The translations under genes were made by a program, and so were the position numbers. The notes under the pieces are model-generated. The model worked only from the letters and a program-made list of their open reading frames with translations, did not search any database and had not been told where the DNA came from. 64,000 nucleotides of DNA from an uncultured bacterium (GTDB lineage: Bacteria; JAGOEH01): the NCBI GenBank assembly GCA_964632485.1, contig CAZWDO010000002.1, positions 62,001 to 126,000 on the forward strand, given 5' to 3'. Shown here in pieces: positions 48,633-58,349 of the stretch (positions within the stretch are counted from its first letter, which is position 1; each line of letters starts with the position of its first letter).

Positions 48633-48775
48633 AGGCAGGAATAACAGATATCCAAGACAGTGAAGCGCTTCTGCCTGCAAATTGAAAGGAGAGTCTGCCC
48701 TTAACTACATATTAAAAATCGTTATTAACGACCAATACGAACCCATGTTGTAGTTCTGGACAGGCTCCGATTTGA
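48633..48775 (-). other. Structured 5' leader of mrp (two hairpins)
   Basis: Plus-strand pairings: GAGTCTGCCC 48691 / GGACAGGCTC 48758; AACTACA 48703 / TGTAGTT 48749; TCGTT 48719 / AACGA 48727; AGGCAGGA 48633 / TTCTGCCT 48669. Confidence 0.4.
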
Positions 48776-48781
48776 GGTTTT

Positions 48782-48856
48782 ATATTAATCAAAAAAAAAG
48801 CGTCTGTCAAGCGTAAAAATATTTTTCTTGACAAGCCCCGAAAATATTCGTAATTT
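48782..48856. promoter_or_regulatory. Back-to-back sigma70-type promoters (mrp and FG-GAP operon)
   Basis: Minus strand: TTGACA (48810-48805), 17 nt, TAATAT (48787-48782). Plus strand: TTGACA 48828, 17 nt, TAATTT 48851. Confidence 0.7.
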
Positions 48857-48871
48857 TTAATGAACCTGAGA

Positions 48872-48900
48872 AGAAAAGTACGCGCCAGAAAAGTGCGCGC
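48872..48900 (+). repeat. 14-bp tandem direct repeat downstream of the promoter (operator candidate)
   Basis: AGAAAAGTACGCGC 48872-48885 and AGAAAAGTGCGCGC 48887-48900. Confidence 0.6.
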
Positions 48901-48965
48901 ACCGGAGAATAATTATAAAATGACCGCGCTAACCCCCTTGTACGGGGATAAAAGAAGGAGGCCCT

Positions 48966-51900
48966 ATGCGTCTTTTATATAAAATCGCACTCGGAGTGAT
49001 TCTGACAGGAAATATTGTATTCGCTCAGTTGTTTCAGTTTCAACTTCAATCCACTGTTCCGGGGTATATCCAACCAATCATGGCTCTGGGTGATATTGAC
49101 GAGGATGGCGCGTTTGAAATTTTTCTGAGTGGCCAGACTGAGGATTGTCAATGGAAGGCTGGGATATATAAGTATCAAAATGGATATTTGCAGACGTTAG
49201 ACGAAACGTTTGAGCCCCTGGTCCAGGGATCGGCATTGTTTTTTGATGATGACCATGATGGAGATTTAGACCTTTTATATAATGGGCTTGATGCTGTCGG
49301 CTCCATTCACGCTTTTTACTACCGGCGAGCTTCGGGAAGTTGGACGCAAACCACTCGCGATGAGTTTCCTGCGCTTTTTAATGGCGAGCTGACACTTTTT
49401 GATTATAACAAAGATGGGTGGAGCGACTTGATCGCTACGGGAATAAACATGTATGACGGTTATGAAAGCCGGTTACTGCTTCACCATGGAGCCGGGTTTG
49501 AAACCCGGGACCTTAAGCTTCCCAATCTGATAAATACCCACACAGTCGCTCTCGATTATAATCTCGATGGAGGAGAAGATATCCTGATTACCGGCGAGGC
49601 GTCCAATAGTACACGGGTCGCTCAATTGCTGCAAAATTATGAACGAGGGGAGTTGTTCAATAAAGATAACCGTTTTATTGATATAAGTACTCAATTTGTT
49701 GATTTAATTGCGGTGGACCTCGATCAGGATGGCGATGAGGATCTGATTTTTTCAGGCTGGGATGCCAATGAATTAGCAGTAACCGCTATTTTTTATAACC
49801 GCCCCACAGGTTATATCAATACGAATTATAGTGTTATTACCGGATTGGCAGGAACTCTGACCACAGGTGATTTTAACCTGGATGGCCGTATTGACTTTGT
49901 TGTATCGGGTTTTAACGATCAACGCCAATGGCTGACCGAGATATGGTTACAGGATAGCGATATTCATTTTATACGCCAAAACGAAAATTTCCCCGGGATA
50001 CAATTGACAACGTTGATGAGCGGTCAGTTAGATAGTGACGGTAAACCGGATTTGATGATTCTTGGGTTTGATTCGCTCAATGTCGCCCAGGTTTGGACGG
50101 GATTAAACCAAACTATTAAAAGCAATTCTCCGCCCGTGGCGATTGAAATCCCGGCTGATCCCCGGATATCCTATCGTTCCATTGAATTTTATAATCCACG
50201 CGCCAGCGACGACTGGAGCGATACCCTCACCATCCGCGTCCAGCATCGGTTGGGCACCTTTAGTAACCCCGATTCATTGATGACCCGGGCGCTGCCGGAA
50301 CCGCTCCCGATAGCGATTACATCTTATCCCGTTTTAATCCAGAATATATCCCTTAGACCCGGTCATTATATCCATCAATACCGGGTTTTTGATAATAGCG
50401 GGATTTTTTCAGACTGGAGCGCTGTCGATACCATCAGGGTTGAAGCGATGATTCCCGCCGGAACGGAATTTTCGGGCCAATATAAAGGGAATGTTGAGAG
50501 CGCTGATTTGAATGGCGACGGCAAACCGGATCTGATTGTTAATGGTTTTACTCAGTCGGGCCTTGCTCAGCTTAATATTTATTTAAACCAGCAAAATGAA
50601 TACGAGGAAATGCCGGATTGGAGCCTGCCCGGTACAGGATACAGCGGTCTGGCGGTTTTCGATTTCAACGGCGATGAACGGCTGGATATCCTCGTCACCG
50701 GCGCCGTAATTTCTCAACAAAACAGCGATACGGGTATGACCCGGATCTATCTGAATGAGGGTCAAAATTTTTCGTCATTGGTCCCGCTTATAGTTGCCGG
50801 TGATTCTACGTATGATAAATTTCCCTGTTTAATTGAAAGCGATGTAGCGATTGCTTATTTAGATGATGATATTTATCCGGAGATCATCCTCATGGGCAGG
50901 CAAAAACGTTTTACCCAGGAATTGTATATTCCGGTTATCTATATTTATTCGTATATGGGAAATAATCGTTTTGAGAGATGGAACATGGAATTGCCCGGTT
51001 TTTTTTACGGTTCGTTGGCGGTGGGGGATTTGAATGGCGATCGCCGAAATGATTTGATTTTTAATGGGTTTACTCCAAGCCAGTCAAGTAGTGCCGCTTA
51101 TCCCCGCACGAAAGTATATCTTCAGGAAGAGAACCGGCAATGGCAGGAAGTAGTTAATCAGAATTGGCTGGATCCGCTGAATTTCCAATTAAGCAGCATT
51201 AAGCTTTTCGATTTCGATCTGGATGATGATTTGGATATTTTTGTTACGGGAGCGGATGATCAATTTCAGGGGTATTCATATTTGTTGCGCAATGAATATC
51301 CCAGTTTTGTGTTGCAGCAAACCCTCCCGGGGGTTTTTGCCGGTGACGTTTCGGTGATCGATTATGACCTGAACGGGTATCCGGATTTGGCGCTGACCGG
51401 GTACGATGGGCAGTCGGCTAAAGGGTATGCAGCGGTTTTTCATCACACGGGTACGGAATGGGAGGAGATTACCAATCTGACTTTGCCCCCGGTATTCTGG
51501 TCCTCCATTAAATGGCTCGATTTTGACGGTGATTCATGCTCTGATCTGGTTGTAAGCGGTGTCGACATACAGGATCAAATCCATGAGCAACTTTTCAAAA
51601 ATGCGCTTTTCAGCGATGATCGGGAGCTAACGCCTCCCCAACCTCCTACTCAGCTAAATCTACAAATCAGCCGGGATTCCGTCCGGTTCAGTTGGACCCC
51701 GGGCTGGGACCAGACATCGGGTCAAACTTCCGGATTGAATTATAGACTAACGGTTTTTGATGCGGCCAATCATACCATTTATCAAACATTAACGCCACTG
51801 CAGGGCGCTGATAGTCTGATGGTTCAGGGTTGGCCGGGAGGTAGCTACCGGGTCGATATTACCGCGGTCAACAGCGCCGCTTTGCGTTCGCTTCCTCTAT

Positions 51901-53243
51901 CCCAATCATTTTATATCGATATAGAAGCGCCGGTTTACACCTCTGGGAATCTTCCTGTCTTATTGGGAATTGGCGAATTCAGCGCTGTTTTGAATTTTCA
52001 GGATGTATCGGATCTGGATTCTTCCAATGCGCCGTTTTTTTATCTGACTAATAGTACCGGAGATACAGTAGATTTGGAAGTTGCCGCGATTCAATCCTCC
52101 TATGTGGTAATTAATGGAACCGTGTCTGCGGATTTGCCGGATGGCGAATATACACTTTACCTTCAAGGCCTGGGAGATACCCGGCACAATTCTATCGTTG
52201 AGCCCCAGGCGTTGCAAACTGTTCAGATCGACACCCGCAGGGGGAAGATTTTAAGTTATTATCCGGTTCATCAACAATCGCAAGTCTCCACCTTGACGCA
52301 AATTCGGTTGACGATCGATCGCCTGATTGATGTTGAAACCGTTAATTCGCAAACCCTGGTTTTACTGGATGCCCAAAATCAGTCGGTGAATAGCGATTAT
52401 TATGTGACCTGGCAGGATACTTCTTCCATTATCACACTAATCCCCTCGAATCGCCTCGAGAACGATTGCGATTATCTATCGCAAATTAGCGAAAATATTC
52501 GTGATACTCTGGGCAATCCGTTAGCGCAAACTACGATTATTCAGTTTCATACCAATAGCCTGGTTCAACCCTCGATGGGTTTGACAATTTTTGCCGCTGA
52601 TTCTTCATATTCATTATATATCCCTCCTTTCGCCATCAACCAGGAAACCGAAATCAGCTTCAGCGAACTGAGTGATGCGCCAACCGATGCGCGTTTGAGC
52701 TGGCTGGTTGTGCCCTTTGAAATTAATCCCTCCCTGCAATTGGAAAATACGGGAGTTTTGACCTTTTTTCCGGAAAAAATCAACAATATCCAGGACCAAT
52801 CCTCGCTCTTCCACTATGACAGCGCCACAAGCGCCTGGCAACAGGTGGGTGGCAAGATGAATTCCAGTCGTTTCTCCGTACCACTGCAGGAAACCGGTAT
52901 CTATGGACTGGCTAATACTACTTCTGCTGATTTTGATGTTACCGACGGCGAAACTTTGGTTGTCAATCCCCGCGTCTTTAATGCGGCAATGGCGGGTCAA
53001 ATCCCGCTGACAATTTCTTTTAACCTGGAAGAGGATGCTGCAGTGACTATTAAACTCTATGAAGTATCGGGACGGCTGGCGCGCCGGGTGATCGACCAGG
53101 TTTCCTATCCCCGCGGTAATCATTCGGTCTCCTGGGATGGACGTACCAGTGAAGGCGATCGGGCGAAAGACGGCCTCTATATTGTTACTGTTCAAATCGG
53201 CAACCAATTGAAAAAAGAAACTTTGGTCATTGTGAACCCCTAA
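48966..53243 (+). CDS. Large secreted FG-GAP/VCBS repeat protein with FN3, Ig-like (Big_5-like) and FlgD-Ig-type C-terminal domains
   Basis: Two clusters of DxDxDGxxD repeats; PPQPPTQL FN3-like segment; IRDTLGNPL; C-terminal VNPRVFN...SWDGRT..G...DGLYIV. Confidence 0.85.
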   Translation: MRLLYKIALGVILTGNIVFAQLFQFQLQSTVPGYIQPIMALGDIDEDGAFEIFLSGQTEDCQWKAGIYKYQNGYLQTLDETFEPLVQGSALFFDDDHDGDLDLLYNGLDAVGSIHAFYYRRASGSWTQTTRDEFPALFNGELTLFDYNKDGWSDLIATGINMYDGYESRLLLHHGAGFETRDLKLPNLINTHTVALDYNLDGGEDILITGEASNSTRVAQLLQNYERGELFNKDNRFIDISTQFVDLIAVDLDQDGDEDLIFSGWDANELAVTAIFYNRPTGYINTNYSVITGLAGTLTTGDFNLDGRIDFVVSGFNDQRQWLTEIWLQDSDIHFIRQNENFPGIQLTTLMSGQLDSDGKPDLMILGFDSLNVAQVWTGLNQTIKSNSPPVAIEIPADPRISYRSIEFYNPRASDDWSDTLTIRVQHRLGTFSNPDSLMTRALPEPLPIAITSYPVLIQNISLRPGHYIHQYRVFDNSGIFSDWSAVDTIRVEAMIPAGTEFSGQYKGNVESADLNGDGKPDLIVNGFTQSGLAQLNIYLNQQNEYEEMPDWSLPGTGYSGLAVFDFNGDERLDILVTGAVISQQNSDTGMTRIYLNEGQNFSSLVPLIVAGDSTYDKFPCLIESDVAIAYLDDDIYPEIILMGRQKRFTQELYIPVIYIYSYMGNNRFERWNMELPGFFYGSLAVGDLNGDRRNDLIFNGFTPSQSSSAAYPRTKVYLQEENRQWQEVVNQNWLDPLNFQLSSIKLFDFDLDDDLDIFVTGADDQFQGYSYLLRNEYPSFVLQQTLPGVFAGDVSVIDYDLNGYPDLALTGYDGQSAKGYAAVFHHTGTEWEEITNLTLPPVFWSSIKWLDFDGDSCSDLVVSGVDIQDQIHEQLFKNALFSDDRELTPPQPPTQLNLQISRDSVRFSWTPGWDQTSGQTSGLNYRLTVFDAANHTIYQTLTPLQGADSLMVQGWPGGSYRVDITAVNSAALRSLPLSQSFYIDIEAPVYTSGNLPVLLGIGEFSAVLNFQDVSDLDSSNAPFFYLTNSTGDTVDLEVAAIQSSYVVINGTVSADLPDGEYTLYLQGLGDTRHNSIVEPQALQTVQIDTRRGKILSYYPVHQQSQVSTLTQIRLTIDRLIDVETVNSQTLVLLDAQNQSVNSDYYVTWQDTSSIITLIPSNRLENDCDYLSQISENIRDTLGNPLAQTTIIQFHTNSLVQPSMGLTIFAADSSYSLYIPPFAINQETEISFSELSDAPTDARLSWLVVPFEINPSLQLENTGVLTFFPEKINNIQDQSSLFHYDSATSAWQQVGGKMNSSRFSVPLQETGIYGLANTTSADFDVTDGETLVVNPRVFNAAMAGQIPLTISFNLEEDAAVTIKLYEVSGRLARRVIDQVSYPRGNHSVSWDGRTSEGDRAKDGLYIVTVQIGNQLKKETLVIVNP

Positions 53244-53257
53244 ACGAGGAGACGAAT

Positions 53258-54721
53258 ATGCAGCGCTACTTTTGGTTAATTTTCTTTTTTTATTATACAG
53301 TTTGCTATGCTCAATTTATTGATATCAGCCAGAGAACCCCTTTTTGTCAATATGATTATAATACGACCGGCGTCAGTTGGAATAAAATTGATTGCAGTGT
53401 AAGTTGTCAGGTTTATCGACCTGATGTGGTGATCGCTACTTCAGAGGGAACAAATCCGGATATCAAGGTTTATCTGAATCTTACAAATCTGCCCGGTAGC
53501 GGCGATTCTTTGAGATTTTATTATATCGGCGATAAAATGCGCCCTCAGGGCACAAATATCCAGATTCAGACCGGAACAATCTGGAACCCTGTATTGCTTA
53601 ATTTTGATAATAAAAGCTCACTGGATTTTTTTTACAACCATGCTTTGGGACGGGTATTCGGTTACTCCACATCTTTTACAGGTTCTATTTACCTTGTGTC
53701 AACTCAAACCTATTTCCCCGGCCAGTTCAATACCGTTGTTAATTGTTTTACAATTAATGATTTTGATAATGATAATCAGGCGGATATAATTGTTGGATTC
53801 CGTTATAATTTACATCAATATTATAAAAGCGCGAAACCGGGGAGCGCTCCTCTTAATATTTTTCAAGACCGCAAACTTTGCAATCAGATAATTATCCTGG
53901 ATGTCAATAATGATCAATGGCAGGATCTATATTTTGTTAATGAAGGACAACCCAATACCTGCTATATCAATCAGGGGGATTTACAATTTACCGAATCGGC
54001 TTGCGAACTGGGTATCGATGATCCCGGTATTTCTAAAAGCGCGGTAACCGCAGATTTCAACCGCGATGGCTGGGTGGATATCTTCGTGGCGAATTACGGG
54101 CGATCGCGCTTGTACATCAACCAGGGCGGCTTAGGATTCAACGATGAGACCGAGGACTGGGGCCTTACCGAGGAGGGCACAGCCAATGCTGCCACAGTCG
54201 GTGATTATGATCGCGATGGATTTATCGATCTCTTTATCGCGCGCGGCACGCATCAGCAACCTATGGCTAATCTTCTTTATCACAATCGCCAGGGAAGCGG
54301 CTTCGAGGCGGTCACCGCGTCGGTGGTTACTCAACCGGTCGCCTTCAGTACCTGCGCGGCGTTTGCCGATTATAACGAAGACGGTGGACTTGATCTCTAC
54401 GTAGGCAACTACGGACCCGATGAATTTTATCAGAACAGCGACAACCTGACACCCTCCATCAAAGTCGTATTTAAAGGTGATCAAATCGGTGGGAATAATG
54501 TTTACGCTTTCCAGGCGGTATTGCGCTTAGAGACGCTGAGCGGCGATATCGTAGGCTATCGCCAGATCACCGCCGGCGCCGAACCCACTAATCAGACCAT
54601 TTTCGGCGGCGTTGTTGCGGGGCAGGATTATCGTTTGAAACTGTTTCATCCCCGGCTTACTGCTCCCTACGAACAAACCGTTTCTTCGGGCGCTACCCAT
54701 ACAATTAGCAATATCTATTAG
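53258..54721 (+). CDS. Secreted FG-GAP / CRTAC1-like repeat protein
   Basis: Signal peptide; DFNRDGWVDIFVAN, DYDRDGFIDLF and DYNEDGGLDLYVGN repeats. Confidence 0.8.
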   Translation: MQRYFWLIFFFYYTVCYAQFIDISQRTPFCQYDYNTTGVSWNKIDCSVSCQVYRPDVVIATSEGTNPDIKVYLNLTNLPGSGDSLRFYYIGDKMRPQGTNIQIQTGTIWNPVLLNFDNKSSLDFFYNHALGRVFGYSTSFTGSIYLVSTQTYFPGQFNTVVNCFTINDFDNDNQADIIVGFRYNLHQYYKSAKPGSAPLNIFQDRKLCNQIIILDVNNDQWQDLYFVNEGQPNTCYINQGDLQFTESACELGIDDPGISKSAVTADFNRDGWVDIFVANYGRSRLYINQGGLGFNDETEDWGLTEEGTANAATVGDYDRDGFIDLFIARGTHQQPMANLLYHNRQGSGFEAVTASVVTQPVAFSTCAAFADYNEDGGLDLYVGNYGPDEFYQNSDNLTPSIKVVFKGDQIGGNNVYAFQAVLRLETLSGDIVGYRQITAGAEPTNQTIFGGVVAGQDYRLKLFHPRLTAPYEQTVSSGATHTISNIY

Positions 54722-54736
54722 AATTGACGGATAAAT

Positions 54737-56041
54737 ATGGATTATTTACTGCATCTTCCTGCTTTAGTTAAGATACTGGTAATATTTATTTTGATTGTGA
54801 TTACCAATCATTACCGTTTCCATCTGGGCTTAGCGGCTCTTGCCGGGGGCATTATGCTGGCGCTATGGCAAGGCCATTCGCCGGGATTGATTGGGTCTAT
54901 TGTCTTCCATACCCTGTTTGATTGGAGTACCATTGGCCTGGTTTTAGTTTTAGCGGCAATTTTAGCCTTGAGCGCGGTGATGAAGGATAACGGCATCATG
55001 GAACAGATTGTAACGAGCTATCGCGGTTTTTTTCAGTCGGTGAAAATGACGCTGGTGACCTTGCCTATGATCATTGGACTACTGCCGATGCCAGGTGGAG
55101 CGATTTTTTCCGCGCCTCTAGTTGATAGTTTCGATCCGCAGCATAAACTCGATAATCGTGAAAAAGCGATTGTCAACTATTGGTTTCGCCACACCATCGA
55201 ACTCTGGTGGCCCCTTTATCCGGCTTTTATTTTTACTATCGACCTCACCCGTCTTGAAATCTGGCAATTGGTAGTGGTCAATCTCTGGATGACTCCGGTT
55301 TTTATTATAATCGGTATGCTATATATCCTGAAAAAACATGATCTCAACCATCTCAATGAATTCAAACCCGCGCGCAAACAGTTCTTCCAGGCGGTCATGC
55401 CGATTTTTTTAATTGTGATTGTCTATTTTGTGGCTTTTATCGTTTGCCAGTTATTTCAGAGTATCGGTGAAACTATGATGGGTATAGCCATTTTCGCCGA
55501 GTTTAAACGTTATGTTCCCATCCTGCTTGGACTTTTGATCAGCTTGTTCTTGCTCTTTAAACGTTATTCCAAAGCGCATTGGTATCGTTATTTTTATTCA
55601 AAAAATATTGGAATGCTGATCGGCACTATAGCGGGAATTAAAATTTTTGCCGGTATTATCGACCAAACTCATCTGGCTGGTTTGATCACCGCTGAATTTC
55701 AAGCCCTCCATATTCCGTTACTCAGCATTATCATGCTGCTGCCCTTCATCACGGGTTTGGTAACCGGAGTCGGATTCGCCTACGTAGGGATCAGTTTTCC
55801 TATTATTCTGGCGTTGCTGCCGGCTGGGTTGCCGATACTTAAATTCATCAGCTACATCATGCTGGCCGGTGTTTTCGGCTATGCGGGAATGATGATATCG
55901 CCCATGCATATTTGCATGGTTGTCACCGCTGATTATTTCAAATCCTCATTATGGGGCATTTTGAAAACAATTATTCCCATGACGCTGATCGCCGTTATTG
56001 TGGGAATTTTATATTTTTTGCTTTTGGGAGTAATTGCCTGA
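54737..56041 (+). CDS. DUF401-like polytopic membrane protein (putative transporter)
   Basis: IGLLPMPGGAIFSAP, NYWFRH..E.WWPLYP and SPMHIC motifs. Confidence 0.8.
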   Translation: MDYLLHLPALVKILVIFILIVITNHYRFHLGLAALAGGIMLALWQGHSPGLIGSIVFHTLFDWSTIGLVLVLAAILALSAVMKDNGIMEQIVTSYRGFFQSVKMTLVTLPMIIGLLPMPGGAIFSAPLVDSFDPQHKLDNREKAIVNYWFRHTIELWWPLYPAFIFTIDLTRLEIWQLVVVNLWMTPVFIIIGMLYILKKHDLNHLNEFKPARKQFFQAVMPIFLIVIVYFVAFIVCQLFQSIGETMMGIAIFAEFKRYVPILLGLLISLFLLFKRYSKAHWYRYFYSKNIGMLIGTIAGIKIFAGIIDQTHLAGLITAEFQALHIPLLSIIMLLPFITGLVTGVGFAYVGISFPIILALLPAGLPILKFISYIMLAGVFGYAGMMISPMHICMVVTADYFKSSLWGILKTIIPMTLIAVIVGILYFLLLGVIA

Positions 56042-56143
56042 TAATAAATAAAGTTGCCATCTCATAAATGAGAGAAGGGTAACTGGTTGTCGGCGTGAAT
56101 AGTTAAATAATGATTGTCCCACTAAGAACTTTAAACCGGAATA

Positions 56144-58219
56144 TTGAATGTGAATGATCCCGCCCGGATTTTAATTGTTGAAGACAATATCATCATCGCA
56201 TTAGAGATGGAACTCCAATTAAATAAAAAAGGGTATCAGGTGGTAGCTATCGCTTCCAAAGGCGAAATTGCTTTGCAATTGGCGCATGAAAAACGACCTG
56301 ATATTGTGATTATGGATATTGCGCTTGATGGATACATGAACGGTGTAGAAACTGCTTCCCGTTTGAAACGTGAATTGAAACTGCCTGTCATATTCATTAC
56401 CGGGCATAATGATCACAGCCTGCTTAAAAATTTGCGCGAATTGGAACCCGCCGGGTATTTGCTGAAACCGGTTGACTATTTTGAGCTCTTCCAAATAATA
56501 GAAATTGCCTTGTACCGACATCAGATGGAGCTGCAGCGCAATATGAGCATTCAGTGGATGGAGGCTCAATTGGAACTCTATAAAATGGGCGATCAGCCGA
56601 CAACCACTATAATGAAATATACTTTAGATAAGATTATCCAATTGACGAATAGCCAATTGGGTTGGGTTGCCCTTGTAGATATGCAAAAAGAGCAGATGGA
56701 AATTATTTTATTTTCCAAAAAAGGGTTGGCTTCCAATTTAACTGAAGAAAAACTGCCGGAATGGGTGGTCAATTTATATTATTGGAAAGAAGCTGTTCGT
56801 TTTGAAAAACCATTCATTATTAATAAGCAACATCGTCCCTTTATTGATCAATCGGAAGGTACCGCAAGACCGTTCTCCAATATTATGATCTTACCTCTTA
56901 AAGAAAGTGAAGATGCTCAGCTTGTTGTAACTGTGGCTGATGAAAAACGAGAGTACACGGATTTGGATCTACAACAGGTCAGAGTTCTTCTCAATGCAAT
57001 GTGGGCAATTGTGCAGCAGTACCGCTCCAATAAAGCGTTGCGGAAAAGCGAAGAGCAGTTTCGGAAATATTTTGAGCTCCCTCTGGTGGGTATTGCTATG
57101 ATCTCCAATGATAGCCAATGGAGGGATTGCAATCAAAAACTATGTGATATGTTGGGGTATCAGCGAGAGAGCCTTTTGAGAAAAACATGGTTCGAAGTAA
57201 CTCCCAGTGAGGATAGGGAAGATGAGGAAAAATGGTTAAAAAAAGTCATGTCCTGTGAAAACGAGTCAGTTACCTGGGAAAAACGGTACCTTCGTTCCGA
57301 TGGTTCCTTTCTTTTTGCTGAGGTTTCGATGATTGCTTTCAAGCAGCCATCAGGAAATATCGATTACTGTTTAGCTGTAATTCAGGATATTACCGAACGA
57401 AACGAAGCGCAACAAAAAGATCGTCTTCATGAGCAGCAACTGATCCAAACGGATAAAATGAAATCCCTTGGGGTTCTGATTGCCGGAATCGCCCATGAAA
57501 TTAATAATCCCAATAACTATATTCTCATCAATGCCAAGCTATTGCTTCGTTTCTGGCAACACTATAAGGAAACAATCGTAAACAACCTGGCAGCAGTGGA
57601 AACTTCCATCATGAGCATTCCCAGCGATCAATTCCTGCATGAATTTGATAAACTTTTTCAGGGGATTGTCGATGGATCACAGCGTATTAAAAATATAGTC
57701 CAGGGATTGAGCGATTTTTCAAGACCCGATATGGGAAAATGGGATCAACTGCTGGATGTGAATACCGTCATCCAGTCGGCCTGTACGATTTTAGAGCCTT
57801 TGATTCATAAGAGTTGTAAAACGCTTCAAATGGAACTAAGTCCTGACTTGCCATCCCTTAAGGGAAACTTTCAGCAGTTGGAGCAGGTGATTATTAATTT
57901 GTTAACCAATGCCTGTCAATCGTTTACTGCCAACCCTGGAACCATTCGCATTCAAAGCCGCTTGAACGCAAAATACTCTCAAATTGAAATCGAAATCAGG
58001 GATAATGGCATGGGGATGAGTGAAGAACAACTTAAACATATTTTTGATCCTTTTTTTACAACCCGGTTAGAAATTGGTGGAACCGGATTGGGTATGGCTA
58101 TTTCCTTTAATATTATTAAAAAATTTAATGGACAAATCCGTTACCATAGCCAACCTGCTCAGGGTACACAGGCATTGCTGGTTTTACCTTTTAACATACC
58201 TACAACTGCTTTAAATTAA
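56144..58219 (+). CDS. Cytoplasmic hybrid kinase: REC-GAF-PAS-HisKA-HATPase
   Basis: ILIVED..MDIAL..KPV receiver; PAS/PAC ending QDITER; AGIAHEINNP, NLLTNA, DNGMGM and FFTT..GTGLG. Confidence 0.92.
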   Translation: MNVNDPARILIVEDNIIIALEMELQLNKKGYQVVAIASKGEIALQLAHEKRPDIVIMDIALDGYMNGVETASRLKRELKLPVIFITGHNDHSLLKNLRELEPAGYLLKPVDYFELFQIIEIALYRHQMELQRNMSIQWMEAQLELYKMGDQPTTTIMKYTLDKIIQLTNSQLGWVALVDMQKEQMEIILFSKKGLASNLTEEKLPEWVVNLYYWKEAVRFEKPFIINKQHRPFIDQSEGTARPFSNIMILPLKESEDAQLVVTVADEKREYTDLDLQQVRVLLNAMWAIVQQYRSNKALRKSEEQFRKYFELPLVGIAMISNDSQWRDCNQKLCDMLGYQRESLLRKTWFEVTPSEDREDEEKWLKKVMSCENESVTWEKRYLRSDGSFLFAEVSMIAFKQPSGNIDYCLAVIQDITERNEAQQKDRLHEQQLIQTDKMKSLGVLIAGIAHEINNPNNYILINAKLLLRFWQHYKETIVNNLAAVETSIMSIPSDQFLHEFDKLFQGIVDGSQRIKNIVQGLSDFSRPDMGKWDQLLDVNTVIQSACTILEPLIHKSCKTLQMELSPDLPSLKGNFQQLEQVIINLLTNACQSFTANPGTIRIQSRLNAKYSQIEIEIRDNGMGMSEEQLKHIFDPFFTTRLEIGGTGLGMAISFNIIKKFNGQIRYHSQPAQGTQALLVLPFNIPTTALN

Positions 58220-58222
58220 CAT

Positions 58223-58255
58223 GAAGGGAATCCTTGAATCGAAACCCTTCTTTTT
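58223..58255 (+). terminator. Possible intrinsic terminator
   Basis: GAAGGG...CCCTTC stem with a large loop, followed by TTTTT. Confidence 0.4.
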
Positions 58256-58349
58256 CAGCGAGAGATGGTGAGTTTTGTATTATTTAATAGATACTTTCCA
58301 AATTTGGTTATAAAATGCCATTTTCTGGTTAAAAATATTCTTAAGGAGA

